From a virus (taxonomy: Duplodnaviria; Caudoviricetes): a stretch of 59,803 nt of DNA. Shown one piece after another: positions 50,973-59,803 of this stretch (the first letter of the stretch is position 1; each line of letters begins with the position of its first letter). The stretch spans positions 1 to 59,803 of IMG/VR virus record IMGVR_UViG_3300032285_002123, one strand, 5' to 3'. The position numbers and the translations under genes are program-made. A model generated the notes under the pieces. The model had not been told where the DNA came from, searched no databases, and worked only from the letters and a program-made list of their open reading frames with translations.

Positions 50973-51002
50973 TTGCCTATACTATACAAACGGTGTTATA
51001 AT
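50973..51002 (+). promoter_or_regulatory. SigA-type promoter of the NlpC/P60 transcript
   Basis: TTGCCT-18 bp-TATAAT with extended TG; back-to-back with a minus-strand TGCTATAAT near 50960. Confidence 0.75.
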
Positions 51003-51007
51003 TGTTA

Positions 51008-51151
51008 GATACCGTCTTTTGACGGTATTGTTCTAAGAGGAACAAAGTGACAAACAGAGTAACAACGACGGAACTCACTGGCATACTCAAGGAAATATTC
51101 TACTACCACTGTAAAGAATATTGTCTGCCAGGGTATTTATTTTAAATACCG
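51008..51151 (+). ncRNA. Structured 5' leader RNA (candidate cis-regulatory element)
   Basis: Five nearly abutting hairpins between the predicted TSS and the SD, plus alternative long-range pairings. Confidence 0.6.
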
Positions 51152-51181
51152 CAACAACATAAAAAATAAGGAGGTAGCAAA

Positions 51182-51799
51182 TTGTTTAATAAAAAAATTG
51201 CTGCTGCAAGCATTGGTATTCTTACCTTATCACTTGCAACTTGCTCTAGTACCTTTGCTGGAGCAACACAACTAAATAGTGAACCAAAGACAAGTTATGT
51301 CTTTTCATTAACAGGAAACTCAAATCCTGGCATTGTTGAAACAAAAGCTGCTGAACAAGCAGCTATTATCCAAAAGCAAATTTGGGAAAAAGCTGAGCTA
51401 GAGAATAATACTCTTAATATTAATCAAATGATAAATAAGCTCAAGCATCAAGTTGGCATAACACCATACGTTCCTACAGGTGATTCTACAGATGGATGGG
51501 ACTGTTCTGGAATGGTTAGATGGGGATACCTTGAGATTGGAATAGATCTTTATCATGGTGCTACGCATCAAAGGCATTCTGGAACTATTGTCTCTAATCC
51601 AAAGCCTGGAGATATTGTAGTATTTGGATGGAAGGGTGTTTATGATACTGAACATTCAGCTATTTATATTGGTGATGGTTTAATGATTCAAGCTGGCGGT
51701 AAACCAGGAGATGTTACTAACATTACGTCTGTATATAAATGGGCAAAAGAAAATGATAACACCTATGTTACTTATACAAGAATATTGAATACAAATTAA
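51182..51799 (+). CDS. Secreted NlpC/P60 peptidoglycan endopeptidase
   Basis: Signal peptide; WDCSG catalytic Cys, PGDIV, HSAIYIG; SD AAGGAGGT; the only plus-strand gene. Confidence 0.92.
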   Translation: MFNKKIAAASIGILTLSLATCSSTFAGATQLNSEPKTSYVFSLTGNSNPGIVETKAAEQAAIIQKQIWEKAELENNTLNINQMINKLKHQVGITPYVPTGDSTDGWDCSGMVRWGYLEIGIDLYHGATHQRHSGTIVSNPKPGDIVVFGWKGVYDTEHSAIYIGDGLMIQAGGKPGDVTNITSVYKWAKENDNTYVTYTRILNTN

Positions 51800-51804
51800 A
51801 TAAG

Positions 51805-51836
51805 ATACCCCAGGTAAAAAGCCTGGGGTATTTTTT
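51805..51836. terminator. Intrinsic terminator between convergent genes
   Basis: ATACCCCAGG/CCTGGGGTAT stem with a T-tract on the plus strand. Confidence 0.85.
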
Positions 51837-51837
51837 A

Positions 51838-52323
51838 TTAAGAAGAAATATGTTTATGACCAATACTTGTCCAAGATAAAGATTTTTCATCCCATAAATA
51901 AACATTGTTATCTGATGGCATTGCTGTAGGTGCTTTCCAAATAAATTTTTCATTATCAAATGACCAAGATGGGAATGGTTGTCCTGTATTTCCTACTTGA
52001 AAAACAAAATCTTTTTCAAACGTATCTTTACCATAAATAACAGATATTGAAATTTTATAAGATTTGTTTGGTTCAATTATATTTAAATGTTCAGAAATTA
52101 AATAATCTTGGTCAGTTGAAGCAAAAAAAACATTGTTTTCTGGATAACTGTTTTCTGAAATATTTTTTTCTTCATCAAAAAGTTTATAGCTAAAACTAAA
52201 AGGATTTTCAAATTCTGTATTTTTATTAGCACCAAAAAATATATCTAATATTGGTGCAATTATTTCATCAGGATTTGAAGAAAAATTAATACTTTTATTT
52301 TTAACATCAATAAATATTTTCAT
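51838..52323 (-). CDS. Putative fibre-associated/assembly protein
   Basis: C-terminal QPFPSW..WKAPTAMP..YLWDE..SW motif; very AT-rich. Confidence 0.6.
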   Translation of the reverse strand: MKIFIDVKNKSINFSSNPDEIIAPILDIFFGANKNTEFENPFSFSYKLFDEEKNISENSYPENNVFFASTDQDYLISEHLNIIEPNKSYKISISVIYGKDTFEKDFVFQVGNTGQPFPSWSFDNEKFIWKAPTAMPSDNNVYLWDEKSLSWTSIGHKHISS

Positions 52324-53330
52324 TATAGACTCCTATCTACTGGGTAATAAATAATAACTTGTCCAGATGCTCCACCATAATTATCTGTTTGATAATAATC
52401 CCTGTTTCCGTTGTGACCACCCATACCGCTATTAGCAGATATTGTTGGTAAGCCATATCCAAACCAATATTGAGGACCATTAGTATTGGCATCCCCACCA
52501 CGACCAAAACTACCAAATGTTGTAGATTTAGCGGAACCACCCTGGAGTAGGTATTGTTGAATACCACCACCGAGTCCATAGCTAACAATGGATGGTGAAC
52601 CACCAGCACCACCACCAGCACCACCAGAAGCAACGTTATCATTTCCAGTTGGATTATAGTTATAAGGAGAAATTAGACCTCCTTGTCCAGAATAACCTTG
52701 TCCAGATGTTCCACTTCCTGCACCTCCTATGACATAGGTTGGTACATTATCATTAAGGGCTGCATACCCTCCTCCACCAGAACCACCATTTCCACCAGAT
52801 GTTGCCCATACACCATATCCAGTAGCCCATCCTCCATAGTACTGTCCTCCATGGCCTCCACCACTTACTGAAATAAGTGTCGATCCACCATTTGAAATAG
52901 AACTACTTCCACCATCTTGAGCATATGTGTTTACAATATTACCTTTGTTTCCACCTGCACCAACATTGACAGAGTAAGAAGTGTTGTTGCTAGATGACAA
53001 TATTATTGTTGTTTCTACAACACCCCCACCACCGCCAGCACCACCGTAGAAGTAGTCCTGACCGTCTGAACCATCTCCGTTATAAAATGCAGATAGTCCA
53101 GCTCCTCCACCTCCGCCGACGAGCATTACATTAACTTTTCCACTAGTTGTACCAATAGTATTAACCGTAAAAGTTGTAGTACCAGTATTTGTAAAAACAT
53201 GTTTTATACATGGAATTCCATTTATAGAAACTGGTTGTGCTAAACTTCCATAAACAGTTCCACCAGTGGCAGAAATAGGAACGAATGTCTTATACCCTGA
53301 AGCCAAAAGTGATTGTACAATGCCTGTCAT
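52323..53330 (-). CDS. Glycine-rich adhesin-like fibre tip protein
   Basis: ATGG..HVFT..VMLVGGGGG..GGAGGGGG..GASGQVIIYY, a T4 gp38-like polyglycine pattern. Confidence 0.7.
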   Translation of the reverse strand: MTGIVQSLLASGYKTFVPISATGGTVYGSLAQPVSINGIPCIKHVFTNTGTTTFTVNTIGTTSGKVNVMLVGGGGGAGLSAFYNGDGSDGQDYFYGGAGGGGGVVETTIILSSSNNTSYSVNVGAGGNKGNIVNTYAQDGGSSSISNGGSTLISVSGGGHGGQYYGGWATGYGVWATSGGNGGSGGGGYAALNDNVPTYVIGGAGSGTSGQGYSGQGGLISPYNYNPTGNDNVASGGAGGGAGGSPSIVSYGLGGGIQQYLLQGGSAKSTTFGSFGRGGDANTNGPQYWFGYGLPTISANSGMGGHNGNRDYYQTDNYGGASGQVIIYYPVDRSL

Positions 53331-55210
53331 TATGATAATCCGTTTCCGCTAATAATCCAAAGTGTGGTGTTAATTTTTATAAGGGTTGCTACACCCCAAG
53401 CAGCTAGTGTTCTTGGTAAAGTTGTTGTTCCAGCTACCGAGAATACTAGTGTATCAGAATTTATGGTAATTGATGTAGAAACACCAGAACCGTTTACAAT
53501 TGTAATTGTAGATCCAATTGGGAAAGCAGTTACAGAGTTTGCTGGAATAGTTATGGTTTGACCAGTTGTTGTCATGTAAATGTGTTTACCAGCATCAGCT
53601 AGGGTGAGTGTATAAGATGCACTCTTTGAGTTTTGTGGAATACCCATGAATCCTACACCAGTTGCTGCTGTTGTTGCTGTTCCGTTTGATACCGTTGAAT
53701 CTGTGGCTAGAAGTGTTTTGTTTGTTGGAATTGTTGTTGAGTTTATAGTTACCCCAGCAATATCACTAATTGTGCTACCGAGTGCTTGTGATGTAGTTCC
53801 AAAAGTTATTGTTGAGTTTGAAAGTTTGTTATTCGCAATAGATCCTGTAAGCATTGCATTTGTAACTTTTCCAGTACCAATAGATGTTGCAAAAGATCCA
53901 GTTCCTGATCCAGTAACATCACCAGTCAAAGTTATTGTCTGATCACCTGTATTTGTTCCAGATGATGATCCTGAGTGTGTTCCAGAAATTGTTGCATCAT
54001 CAGAAACAGTTAAAAGTTTGCTTGTTGTACCACCAGAAATTGTAAACCCAGTTGATGCTGATGTAAGAGATAGTCCGTTATATGTTTTTCCAGTTAGTGC
54101 TGATGGTAAATCAGCATTAGAAATTATGTCCCAAACAGGTGTTTGAGCAGCAGTACCATTTCCTGTTTGTGAAATAAACTTTTTTGTTGATGTTGTATTT
54201 AGAATAAAGCTTGTTGTATCTGTTGCTGACTGATATGGAATTCCATATAATACTGAAGATCCACCAGACAGGTTGTCAGATTTAATTGCGTGATTTACTG
54301 CTGCTAGGGTAGCTGGGTTTGACCAGGTTGGTGCAGAATTTGAATTATAAGTTAAAACATATCCATTTGGAATACCGTCTATACTGACAAAAGATGTTGT
54401 GTTTGTAGCAGACTGATATGGAACAGTTCCAACTACTCCACCAGCAATATTTACTGCACCATTAGAATCAACAACGGTTGATCCATTAACCTTAAAACCT
54501 TTTCCAGATGCTAGATTTATGTTTTCAGATGATGTCCATGAGGAAGTTAGGTTTACCCAGTTAAAGGTTTTATCAGTTGTTCCTCTTAGTGTTATACCTC
54601 CACCATCAGCACCCATGTCTGTTGGTGATACCACAGCACTTAGTTCAATGTTTTTATCTTTTGCAACAATTGTTGTTGAGTTAACAGTTGTTGTTGTTCC
54701 ATTAACAGTAAGGTTTCCACCAACAGTAACATTTCCAGTTGTAGAAACAGATCCAGCTGCTACAGATGTAAGACCTGTTAGATCAGTTGTTGCTGTTGCT
54801 CCAAGGGTAATTGTTTTGTCACCAATTAGAACAGAAGAGTTTGAAAGCTTGCTATTTGCAATTGAGCCAGCAAGCATTGTATTTGTAACGGTTGCAGTAT
54901 CTCCAGAACTTATCAAAGTACCTGCGGTTGTTGGCAGGGTAATGTTTACAGTACCACCCTGAATAAGAGATGTATTTCCAACCTTAGTTGTTCCTGTTGG
55001 AAGTGTTACAGTTCCAGTAAAAGTAGGACTGTCAATATTTGCCTTTAAATTTGTTAATGATGTTAAATAACCAGCAACAGATGATGTGTCTGGACTTAAT
55101 GAATTTTTTGATTGTCCAAAGTGATAAATCAAAAATGCGTCTTGAATATTTGCAGGATCGTCAAGTGATGGATAATATATAGAAAAAGGTGAATTTGACA
55201 GCGTAGGCAT
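53330..55210 (-). CDS. Tail fibre protein
   Basis: Thr/Ser/Gly-rich fibre repeats; C-terminal domain paralogous to that of the 58581 gene; leaderless. Confidence 0.75.
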   Translation of the reverse strand: MPTLSNSPFSIYYPSLDDPANIQDAFLIYHFGQSKNSLSPDTSSVAGYLTSLTNLKANIDSPTFTGTVTLPTGTTKVGNTSLIQGGTVNITLPTTAGTLISSGDTATVTNTMLAGSIANSKLSNSSVLIGDKTITLGATATTDLTGLTSVAAGSVSTTGNVTVGGNLTVNGTTTTVNSTTIVAKDKNIELSAVVSPTDMGADGGGITLRGTTDKTFNWVNLTSSWTSSENINLASGKGFKVNGSTVVDSNGAVNIAGGVVGTVPYQSATNTTSFVSIDGIPNGYVLTYNSNSAPTWSNPATLAAVNHAIKSDNLSGGSSVLYGIPYQSATDTTSFILNTTSTKKFISQTGNGTAAQTPVWDIISNADLPSALTGKTYNGLSLTSASTGFTISGGTTSKLLTVSDDATISGTHSGSSSGTNTGDQTITLTGDVTGSGTGSFATSIGTGKVTNAMLTGSIANNKLSNSTITFGTTSQALGSTISDIAGVTINSTTIPTNKTLLATDSTVSNGTATTAATGVGFMGIPQNSKSASYTLTLADAGKHIYMTTTGQTITIPANSVTAFPIGSTITIVNGSGVSTSITINSDTLVFSVAGTTTLPRTLAAWGVATLIKINTTLWIISGNGLS

Positions 55211-55228
55211 AAATTAATTATAACATAA

Positions 55229-56278
55229 CTACTGTTTTGCTAAGTAAAAGTTTAAATTATTAATAAGTCTTTGATCAGATGGGTTTAGCTCTACCGCTTT
55301 TTTACCATACTTTACCGCTTCTTTATTTTTATTTAAATTAAAAGCTGCAATAGATGCATAGTCATATGGCAAACTTCCCCAAGCAAAATCTTCACAAAGA
55401 TAATCAAGTGGTTTTTCTTTTACTTTAATAGCTTGCTCAGAATATTTAAAACAGTTTTTCCATTCCTCTTTTTCATAGTAATATTGTGCTAATTCTACTA
55501 AGACTTCTCTTCTGTTTCCATCTTCTTTTAATGCCCCCAGCAAATATTCTTCTGCAAGTTCTGGTGTACATTTAGCAAGGTATCTATAAGATGCTGCACG
55601 TTCTGCACTCCAAAGTGCTGTTGGAAGCCCTAGGTGACGTTTAAACTCATTAGCAGCCTGTTCTAGCTGACCATAAAAGAATAGTTCACGAGCATAGTAA
55701 AAAGCATTTCTATCATCATAAGGATCTTCTTTTACAGATGCTTCAAGAAGTGGAAGATATTGTGATCTTGGTTTTGAATTGTCTGGGTGATGATGAATTT
55801 CTAGACCAACCCACTCTTGAACCTCTTCAATTCTGTCTGCTGTGATTACTTCATGAACTGGATGTCTCCAGCGGTATCCATGACGAGCATGAATCTTATC
55901 TCCACCATATTCTAACCCTGGTGTTCCATCTTCATTCCATGACCAAGTATATTTGTATCTTGGACGAGTTGTTTCTTCCTTAATACCTTCAAGTTTTTCA
56001 CGCCATCCGTCAATAAGGATTTCATCCATATCAAGTGCAATACAGATATCAATATCGTTTGGAAGAAGTGCGAGAGCTACATTTCTAGCATCATCAAAAC
56101 GCCAAGGTTTAATAGATACTGGAAAAACTTTGATGCCTAGCTTCTTTGCTACCTCAACAGTCTTGTCTGTTGATCCTGTGTCTGCAATAAGAATGTAATC
56201 AGCATCTTTGGCTGAGTTATACCATCTTTCAACAAACTGTTCTTCATTTAGTGCAATTGTATAAACTGCTATTTTCAT
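55229..56278 (-). CDS. Glycosyltransferase family 2 with C-terminal TPRs
   Basis: IALNEE, DTGSTD, FDDARN, LDMDE (DxD), HPVHE, then TPR helices. Confidence 0.9.
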   Translation of the reverse strand: MKIAVYTIALNEEQFVERWYNSAKDADYILIADTGSTDKTVEVAKKLGIKVFPVSIKPWRFDDARNVALALLPNDIDICIALDMDEILIDGWREKLEGIKEETTRPRYKYTWSWNEDGTPGLEYGGDKIHARHGYRWRHPVHEVITADRIEEVQEWVGLEIHHHPDNSKPRSQYLPLLEASVKEDPYDDRNAFYYARELFFYGQLEQAANEFKRHLGLPTALWSAERAASYRYLAKCTPELAEEYLLGALKEDGNRREVLVELAQYYYEKEEWKNCFKYSEQAIKVKEKPLDYLCEDFAWGSLPYDYASIAAFNLNKNKEAVKYGKKAVELNPSDQRLINNLNFYLAKQ

Positions 56279-56314
56279 TGTTCTCTCTTACTCTAGATTT
56301 CTATTATAGCAAAT

Positions 56315-56343
56315 AAAAATACCCCCAGATTTTCTGAGGGTAT
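56315..56343 (-). terminator. Intrinsic terminator after holin
   Basis: ATACCCTCAGA/TCTGGGGGTAT stem followed by TTTT. Confidence 0.75.
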
Positions 56344-56359
56344 CTTTAATTAAAAGTTA

Positions 56360-56593
56360 TTAGTCTACTGGTGTTTCAGCAGGAATAACTGGGCTAGCTG
56401 GTAGCACTGCAACAATACTTGTTAGAATTGAAATTACAGCAGCTAGAATTGATGAACTAAGAACTGGAACCCATGAAACATCAAGAATTCCAGCAATACC
56501 TGTTACAGTGATTGCTGAAAGAAGTGTTTGGATAAAAGTTTTAAGTGCTCGCTCTCCAGAATATAGCCAGAATGATTTCTTAAAAATAGTCAT
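56360..56593 (-). CDS. Holin (r1t family)
   Basis: FW..SGERALKTFIQTL plus two transmembrane segments ending SILTSI. Confidence 0.85.
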   Translation of the reverse strand: MTIFKKSFWLYSGERALKTFIQTLLSAITVTGIAGILDVSWVPVLSSSILAAVISILTSIVAVLPASPVIPAETPVD

Positions 56594-56620
56594 AAGACCT
56601 CCTTTATTTTAATTATAGCA

Positions 56621-56875
56621 TTAAGATGTTGGTGTGCTAGTATTTGAATCTACTGGTTGATATGATACTGTTGTTTGCTGTGGAAGTTGCTCTACAGGAA
56701 TTCCATTAATTTCATCTGGAACCTCTTCCCAGGTTGCTGATGGTTCTAATTCTGAAATTGCTGAAACATTTTTATCTAAAATTGATTTAAAATGATCAAT
56801 TGAATTTTGTGCCATCCAATTTTCTTGTTCTAGTTTTTGAATGATTTCTGCAATTTGATTTGTTGGTTTTTTCAT
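56621..56875 (-). CDS. Hypothetical protein, possible fibre chaperone
   Basis: SD AGGAGG; follows a fibre gene. Confidence 0.65.
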   Translation of the reverse strand: MKKPTNQIAEIIQKLEQENWMAQNSIDHFKSILDKNVSAISELEPSATWEEVPDEINGIPVEQLPQQTTVSYQPVDSNTSTPTS

Positions 56876-56899
56876 TTTTTCCTCCTAATTAATACTACA

Positions 56900-58528
56900 C
56901 TAAATTTTTATTATGTGGTTTACTACTAGATATGGTGGCAAATTATTTATAGCAGTAGCATTAAGACCAGAACCACCATCTGTAGTAAAGCTGTGAGTGT
57001 GGTTTGCGCTAGCTCCTCCAGATGTTCCACCCCAGTTGTGAGCGTGAGAACCTGCGTTACCAGATGTACGACCAGTAGCACCAGTACGAAGAACACCGTT
57101 ACCGTCTGTGTTGTACTGCGTTGTTCGGTAGTTATCTGTTGTGGTATTAGGGACAGAGTGGTTGTGATCACCTTGAGTATCAGTAGTACCACTTGTATAG
57201 TGAGTGTGATCAGCACTTACAGTTCCTGTTGTACCAGAGTGAGTGTGGCTTGGCAGGTTTGTTGCTGACAAAACTACCGTTTCATCTCCACCGCTACCAG
57301 CTAATGTTTTTGCTGTAACACCATTACCAGAAGGTGCTGTTCCTGCACCCACAGCTACACGACCAGAAAGGTTTGGCAGGTTAAATGTAGTTGATCCATC
57401 ACCAGTACCATAAGTAGTACCAATTACTGCATACAATGCTGCATAAACTGTACGAGAAACAGCATTTCCATTACAAAGAAGCCATCCTGTTGGAGCACCT
57501 GTTGCAGTTGCTGTTCCAGATGTTACTGTTTGTGTAACTGCTCCTGCAAATTGCATCAAACAACCTGTAGGAACAAAAGCATTTGTTGTTGTTTGGTTTG
57601 CTGGTGATCCACCAACATAAGATGATGTTGTTGTTGAAATTGTTGACCACTGTGTATTATAGTTTGTACTATCAATTTTTGTAAGTGCTTGACCAGCAGT
57701 TCCACCAGAAGCAACTCCAGCACCTGTTGCCCCTGTTGCACCAGGAAGACCTGTACCTGTTGTCATCAGAGCAGCTGAGAAGAATGTTCCTTGACCATTA
57801 GTGTTTCCACCCCACTGAAGAGTTTGAGATGTAGTATTTCCTGTATAAGCTGTAAAGTCTATATAGTCAGTTGTACCATTTAGATATGCCAACTTTGTTG
57901 CATTTTGATATGTAGCTTGGCTAGTGGTGGTTGGAATTTGACTAATAGCAATTGTGTTACCGTTTTTACGAATTTGAATGTTAGTTTGATTGTTAGTTAC
58001 CGCAGCAACAGTCCACCAAGTTTGAAGTGTTAAGTTATAGTAACCAGCAATTGTTGGGGTAAACTTTTTAGTTGATGCATTCCACCAACTGTTTGGATCA
58101 AAATCTGATACAAATGGCAAAACAAGGTCAGCTCCACTGGTTACAACTGTATCAGCAGACAAGCGTCCTTGAGATACAGCATTTGTTGAAGAAATATTTG
58201 CACTTGGTCCAGTAGGTCCTGTAGGACCTGTTGGTCCAGTAGGTCCAGTAACTGTAGAAGCTGCACCAGTAGGGCCAGTAGATCCAGTTGAACCTGTTGG
58301 ACCTGTTGGACCAGTAGGTCCAGTAGATCCTGTTGGTCCAGTAACTGTAGAAGCTGCACCAGTAGCACCTGTAGGACCAGTAGGTCCAGTAGATCCTGTT
58401 GGACCAGTAACCATAGAAGCTGCACCTGTAGGACCTGTGGGTCCTGTAGGACCTGTTGGTCCAATTGGTCCATTTATAATAGGCTTCCATGTACCAGAAG
58501 TAGAGTCATAATACTTTGCTACTGACAT
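56900..58528 (-). CDS. Collagen-like fibre: (GPT)n, C1q-like domain, tail collar, His-x-His tip
   Basis: G-X-T repeats; [20 protein letters not shown]; [22 protein letters not shown]; five HxH motifs. Confidence 0.85.
   Translation of the reverse strand: MSVAKYYDSTSGTWKPIINGPIGPTGPTGPTGPTGAASMVTGPTGSTGPTGPTGATGAASTVTGPTGSTGPTGPTGPTGSTGSTGPTGAASTVTGPTGPTGPTGPTGPSANISSTNAVSQGRLSADTVVTSGADLVLPFVSDFDPNSWWNASTKKFTPTIAGYYNLTLQTWWTVAAVTNNQTNIQIRKNGNTIAISQIPTTTSQATYQNATKLAYLNGTTDYIDFTAYTGNTTSQTLQWGGNTNGQGTFFSAALMTTGTGLPGATGATGAGVASGGTAGQALTKIDSTNYNTQWSTISTTTSSYVGGSPANQTTTNAFVPTGCLMQFAGAVTQTVTSGTATATGAPTGWLLCNGNAVSRTVYAALYAVIGTTYGTGDGSTTFNLPNLSGRVAVGAGTAPSGNGVTAKTLAGSGGDETVVLSATNLPSHTHSGTTGTVSADHTHYTSGTTDTQGDHNHSVPNTTTDNYRTTQYNTDGNGVLRTGATGRTSGNAGSHAHNWGGTSGGASANHTHSFTTDGGSGLNATAINNLPPYLVVNHIIKI
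58206..58472 (-). repeat. Collagen-coding tandem repeats (GPT/GST/GAT with GAASTVT spacers)
   Basis: 9-nt periodic repeats with larger repeated blocks. Confidence 0.9.
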
Positions 58529-58530
58529 GA

Positions 58531-58548
58531 TTACTTTTTAAACTCCAT
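58531..58548 (-). CDS. Candidate leaderless 5-aa uORF (MEFKK)
   Basis: TATACT 7 nt before its ATG; its stop lies 2 nt before the fibre ATG. Confidence 0.35.
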   Translation of the reverse strand: MEFKK

Positions 58549-58580
58549 ATAATTAAGTATACACTAATCAAAAGTTTTTA

Positions 58581-59803
58581 TTAAGTTAATCCATTACCGC
58601 CGATAATCCACGAAGTGGATGTAATTTTAACAATGGTAGCCATACCATATGAAGCTAAGTTTCTTGATCCTGTTGAACCAGCTACTGCAAAAATCAAAGT
58701 ATCTCCACAAGCAATTGTTGTAGAAACACTACCTGCATTAATAATTGATATTGTTGTTCCAATTGGAAATGCTACAGATGAGTTTGCAGGAATGGTAATT
58801 GTTTGACCGCTTGCTGTTACATAAATGTGTTTTCCAGCGTCACCAATTCCAAGGGTATATGAAGCACTCTTTGATAATTGTGGCATACCCATAAATCCAA
58901 CACCACTAGCACCAGTAGTAGTATTACCATCAAGTACCGTTGAAGAATTTAGCCATGTTGAACCGTTATATTGAACTACTTGTCCAGAAGCAGGAGATGT
59001 TATTGCTACGTCAGAAAGATCGTCAAAAGCTGTCTGTCCTCCAGTTACAGTTGTGTCCATCCAAATAACAGATGTATTTGTTGGAGCGGTTGTTTGAGAA
59101 ACTATTCCAGCATACCCTGTTGGACCTGTGGTTCCAGTTGGTCCAATTGGTCCTGTTGGACCTGTAGGACCTGTTGCACCATTGTTTCCAGGAATACCTT
59201 GAATACCTTGTGAACCTGTTGGACCTGTAGGTCCTGTTGGACCAGTTGGTCCTGTAGGACCTTGTGATCCAGTAGGACCAGTTACTGTTGATGCTGCACC
59301 TGTTGCTCCAGTTGGTCCAGTAGGACCTGTTGGTCCCTGTGGACCTGTAGGACCTGTATTTCCAATACTTCCTTGAATACCTTGTATACCTTGAATACCT
59401 TGAGAACCTGTAGGACCTGTAGGACCCTGTGGACCTATTGGACCTGTAACTGTTGATGCAGCACCAGTAGCACCAGTTGGTCCCAATGCTCCTGTAGGTC
59501 CTGTAGGTCCAGTTGGTCCTTGTGATCCAGTTGGTCCTGTAACATTACTTGCAGCACCAGTAGCACCTGTAGGTCCAGTTGGTCCTATAGAACCAGTAGG
59601 ACCAGTTGCACCTGTTGGTCCAAGTTGTGTGTACATAACCTGTACTGCTGTTGCAATTACACCAGGAGTACGAGGGGTGATTGGAGTAGTACCAGCAGCA
59701 ATAGTTTCAATAGCAACTGATGTTGATTCTGCTTGCCACCAAAATTCAAGGTAGTCATTAGCAGCAAGAGTCATAACAAAATTAACTGTTTCAATTATTT
59801 GAC
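58581..59803 (-). CDS. Collagen-like fibre protein (start beyond window edge)
   Basis: Frame open to the edge; end of a C1q-like domain, long G-X-T/G-X-Q repeats, C-terminal domain paralogous to the 53330 gene. Confidence 0.85.
   Translation of the reverse strand, partial: QIIETVNFVMTLAANDYLEFWWQAESTSVAIETIAAGTTPITPRTPGVIATAVQVMYTQLGPTGATGPTGSIGPTGPTGATGAASNVTGPTGSQGPTGPTGPTGALGPTGATGAASTVTGPIGPQGPTGPTGSQGIQGIQGIQGSIGNTGPTGPQGPTGPTGPTGATGAASTVTGPTGSQGPTGPTGPTGPTGPTGSQGIQGIPGNNGATGPTGPTGPIGPTGTTGPTGYAGIVSQTTAPTNTSVIWMDTTVTGGQTAFDDLSDVAITSPASGQVVQYNGSTWLNSSTVLDGNTTTGASGVGFMGMPQLSKSASYTLGIGDAGKHIYVTASGQTITIPANSSVAFPIGTTISIINAGSVSTTIACGDTLIFAVAGSTGSRNLASYGMATIVKITSTSWIIGGNGLT
59116..59621 (-). 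repeat. Collagen-coding tandem repeats
   Basis: GPT/GAT/GSQ/GIQ triplets with AASTVT interruptions. Confidence 0.9.

Noticed and set aside
51008-51151. Canonical c-di-AMP (ydaO) riboswitch or tRNA
   Set aside because: Neither the conserved ydaO segments nor a T-loop/cloverleaf is recognisable; kept as an unassigned structured leader
58141-58490. Alternate-frame ORFs with W/Y or L/Q periodicity
   Set aside because: These are by-products of the 9-nt collagen repeats
53333-58905. Duplicated fibre C-termini as a DGR template/variable repeat pair
   Set aside because: Both copies are in-frame coding ends, differences do not appear adenine-restricted, and no reverse transcriptase is present in the window

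Overview
This window is a large segment of an AT-rich tailed (siphovirus-like) phage genome that very probably infects Actinobacteria. The host call rests on WhiB, an r1t-type holin, a class Ib NrdIEF ribonucleotide reductase, an M15-type endolysin and many leaderless genes. All genes but one are on the minus strand. From right to left the modules are: collagen-like/C1q/collar fibre genes, holin and a GT2-TPR glycosyltransferase; a lone plus-strand secreted NlpC/P60 hydrolase; head genes (portal, protease-scaffold, capsid); neck and tail genes (adaptor, stopper, major tail, two chaperones, tape measure, minor tail); replication and recombination (DnaB, primase, SSB, DnaE, MazG, RecA, two resolvases, Cas4-like nuclease, HNH); terminase; nrdIEF; three tRNAs; endolysin; and small accessory genes (FmdB zinc ribbon, SLOG, deaminase, WhiB, partial Dps). 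The most unusual observations are: (1) tail chaperones G and GT encoded as two separate paralogous genes rather than by a frameshift; (2) a ~170-nt multi-hairpin leader with an alternative pseudoknotted fold upstream of the NlpC/P60 gene; (3) a BclA/SgtA-like pairing of (Gly-Pro-Thr)n collagen fibres with a GT2-TPR enzyme; (4) about ten leaderless genes behind extended -10 promoters; (5) a compact intergenic H-type pseudoknot; and (6) a tRNA-Tyr with a shortened D-arm. All calls come from reading motifs by eye; no database search or folding program was run.
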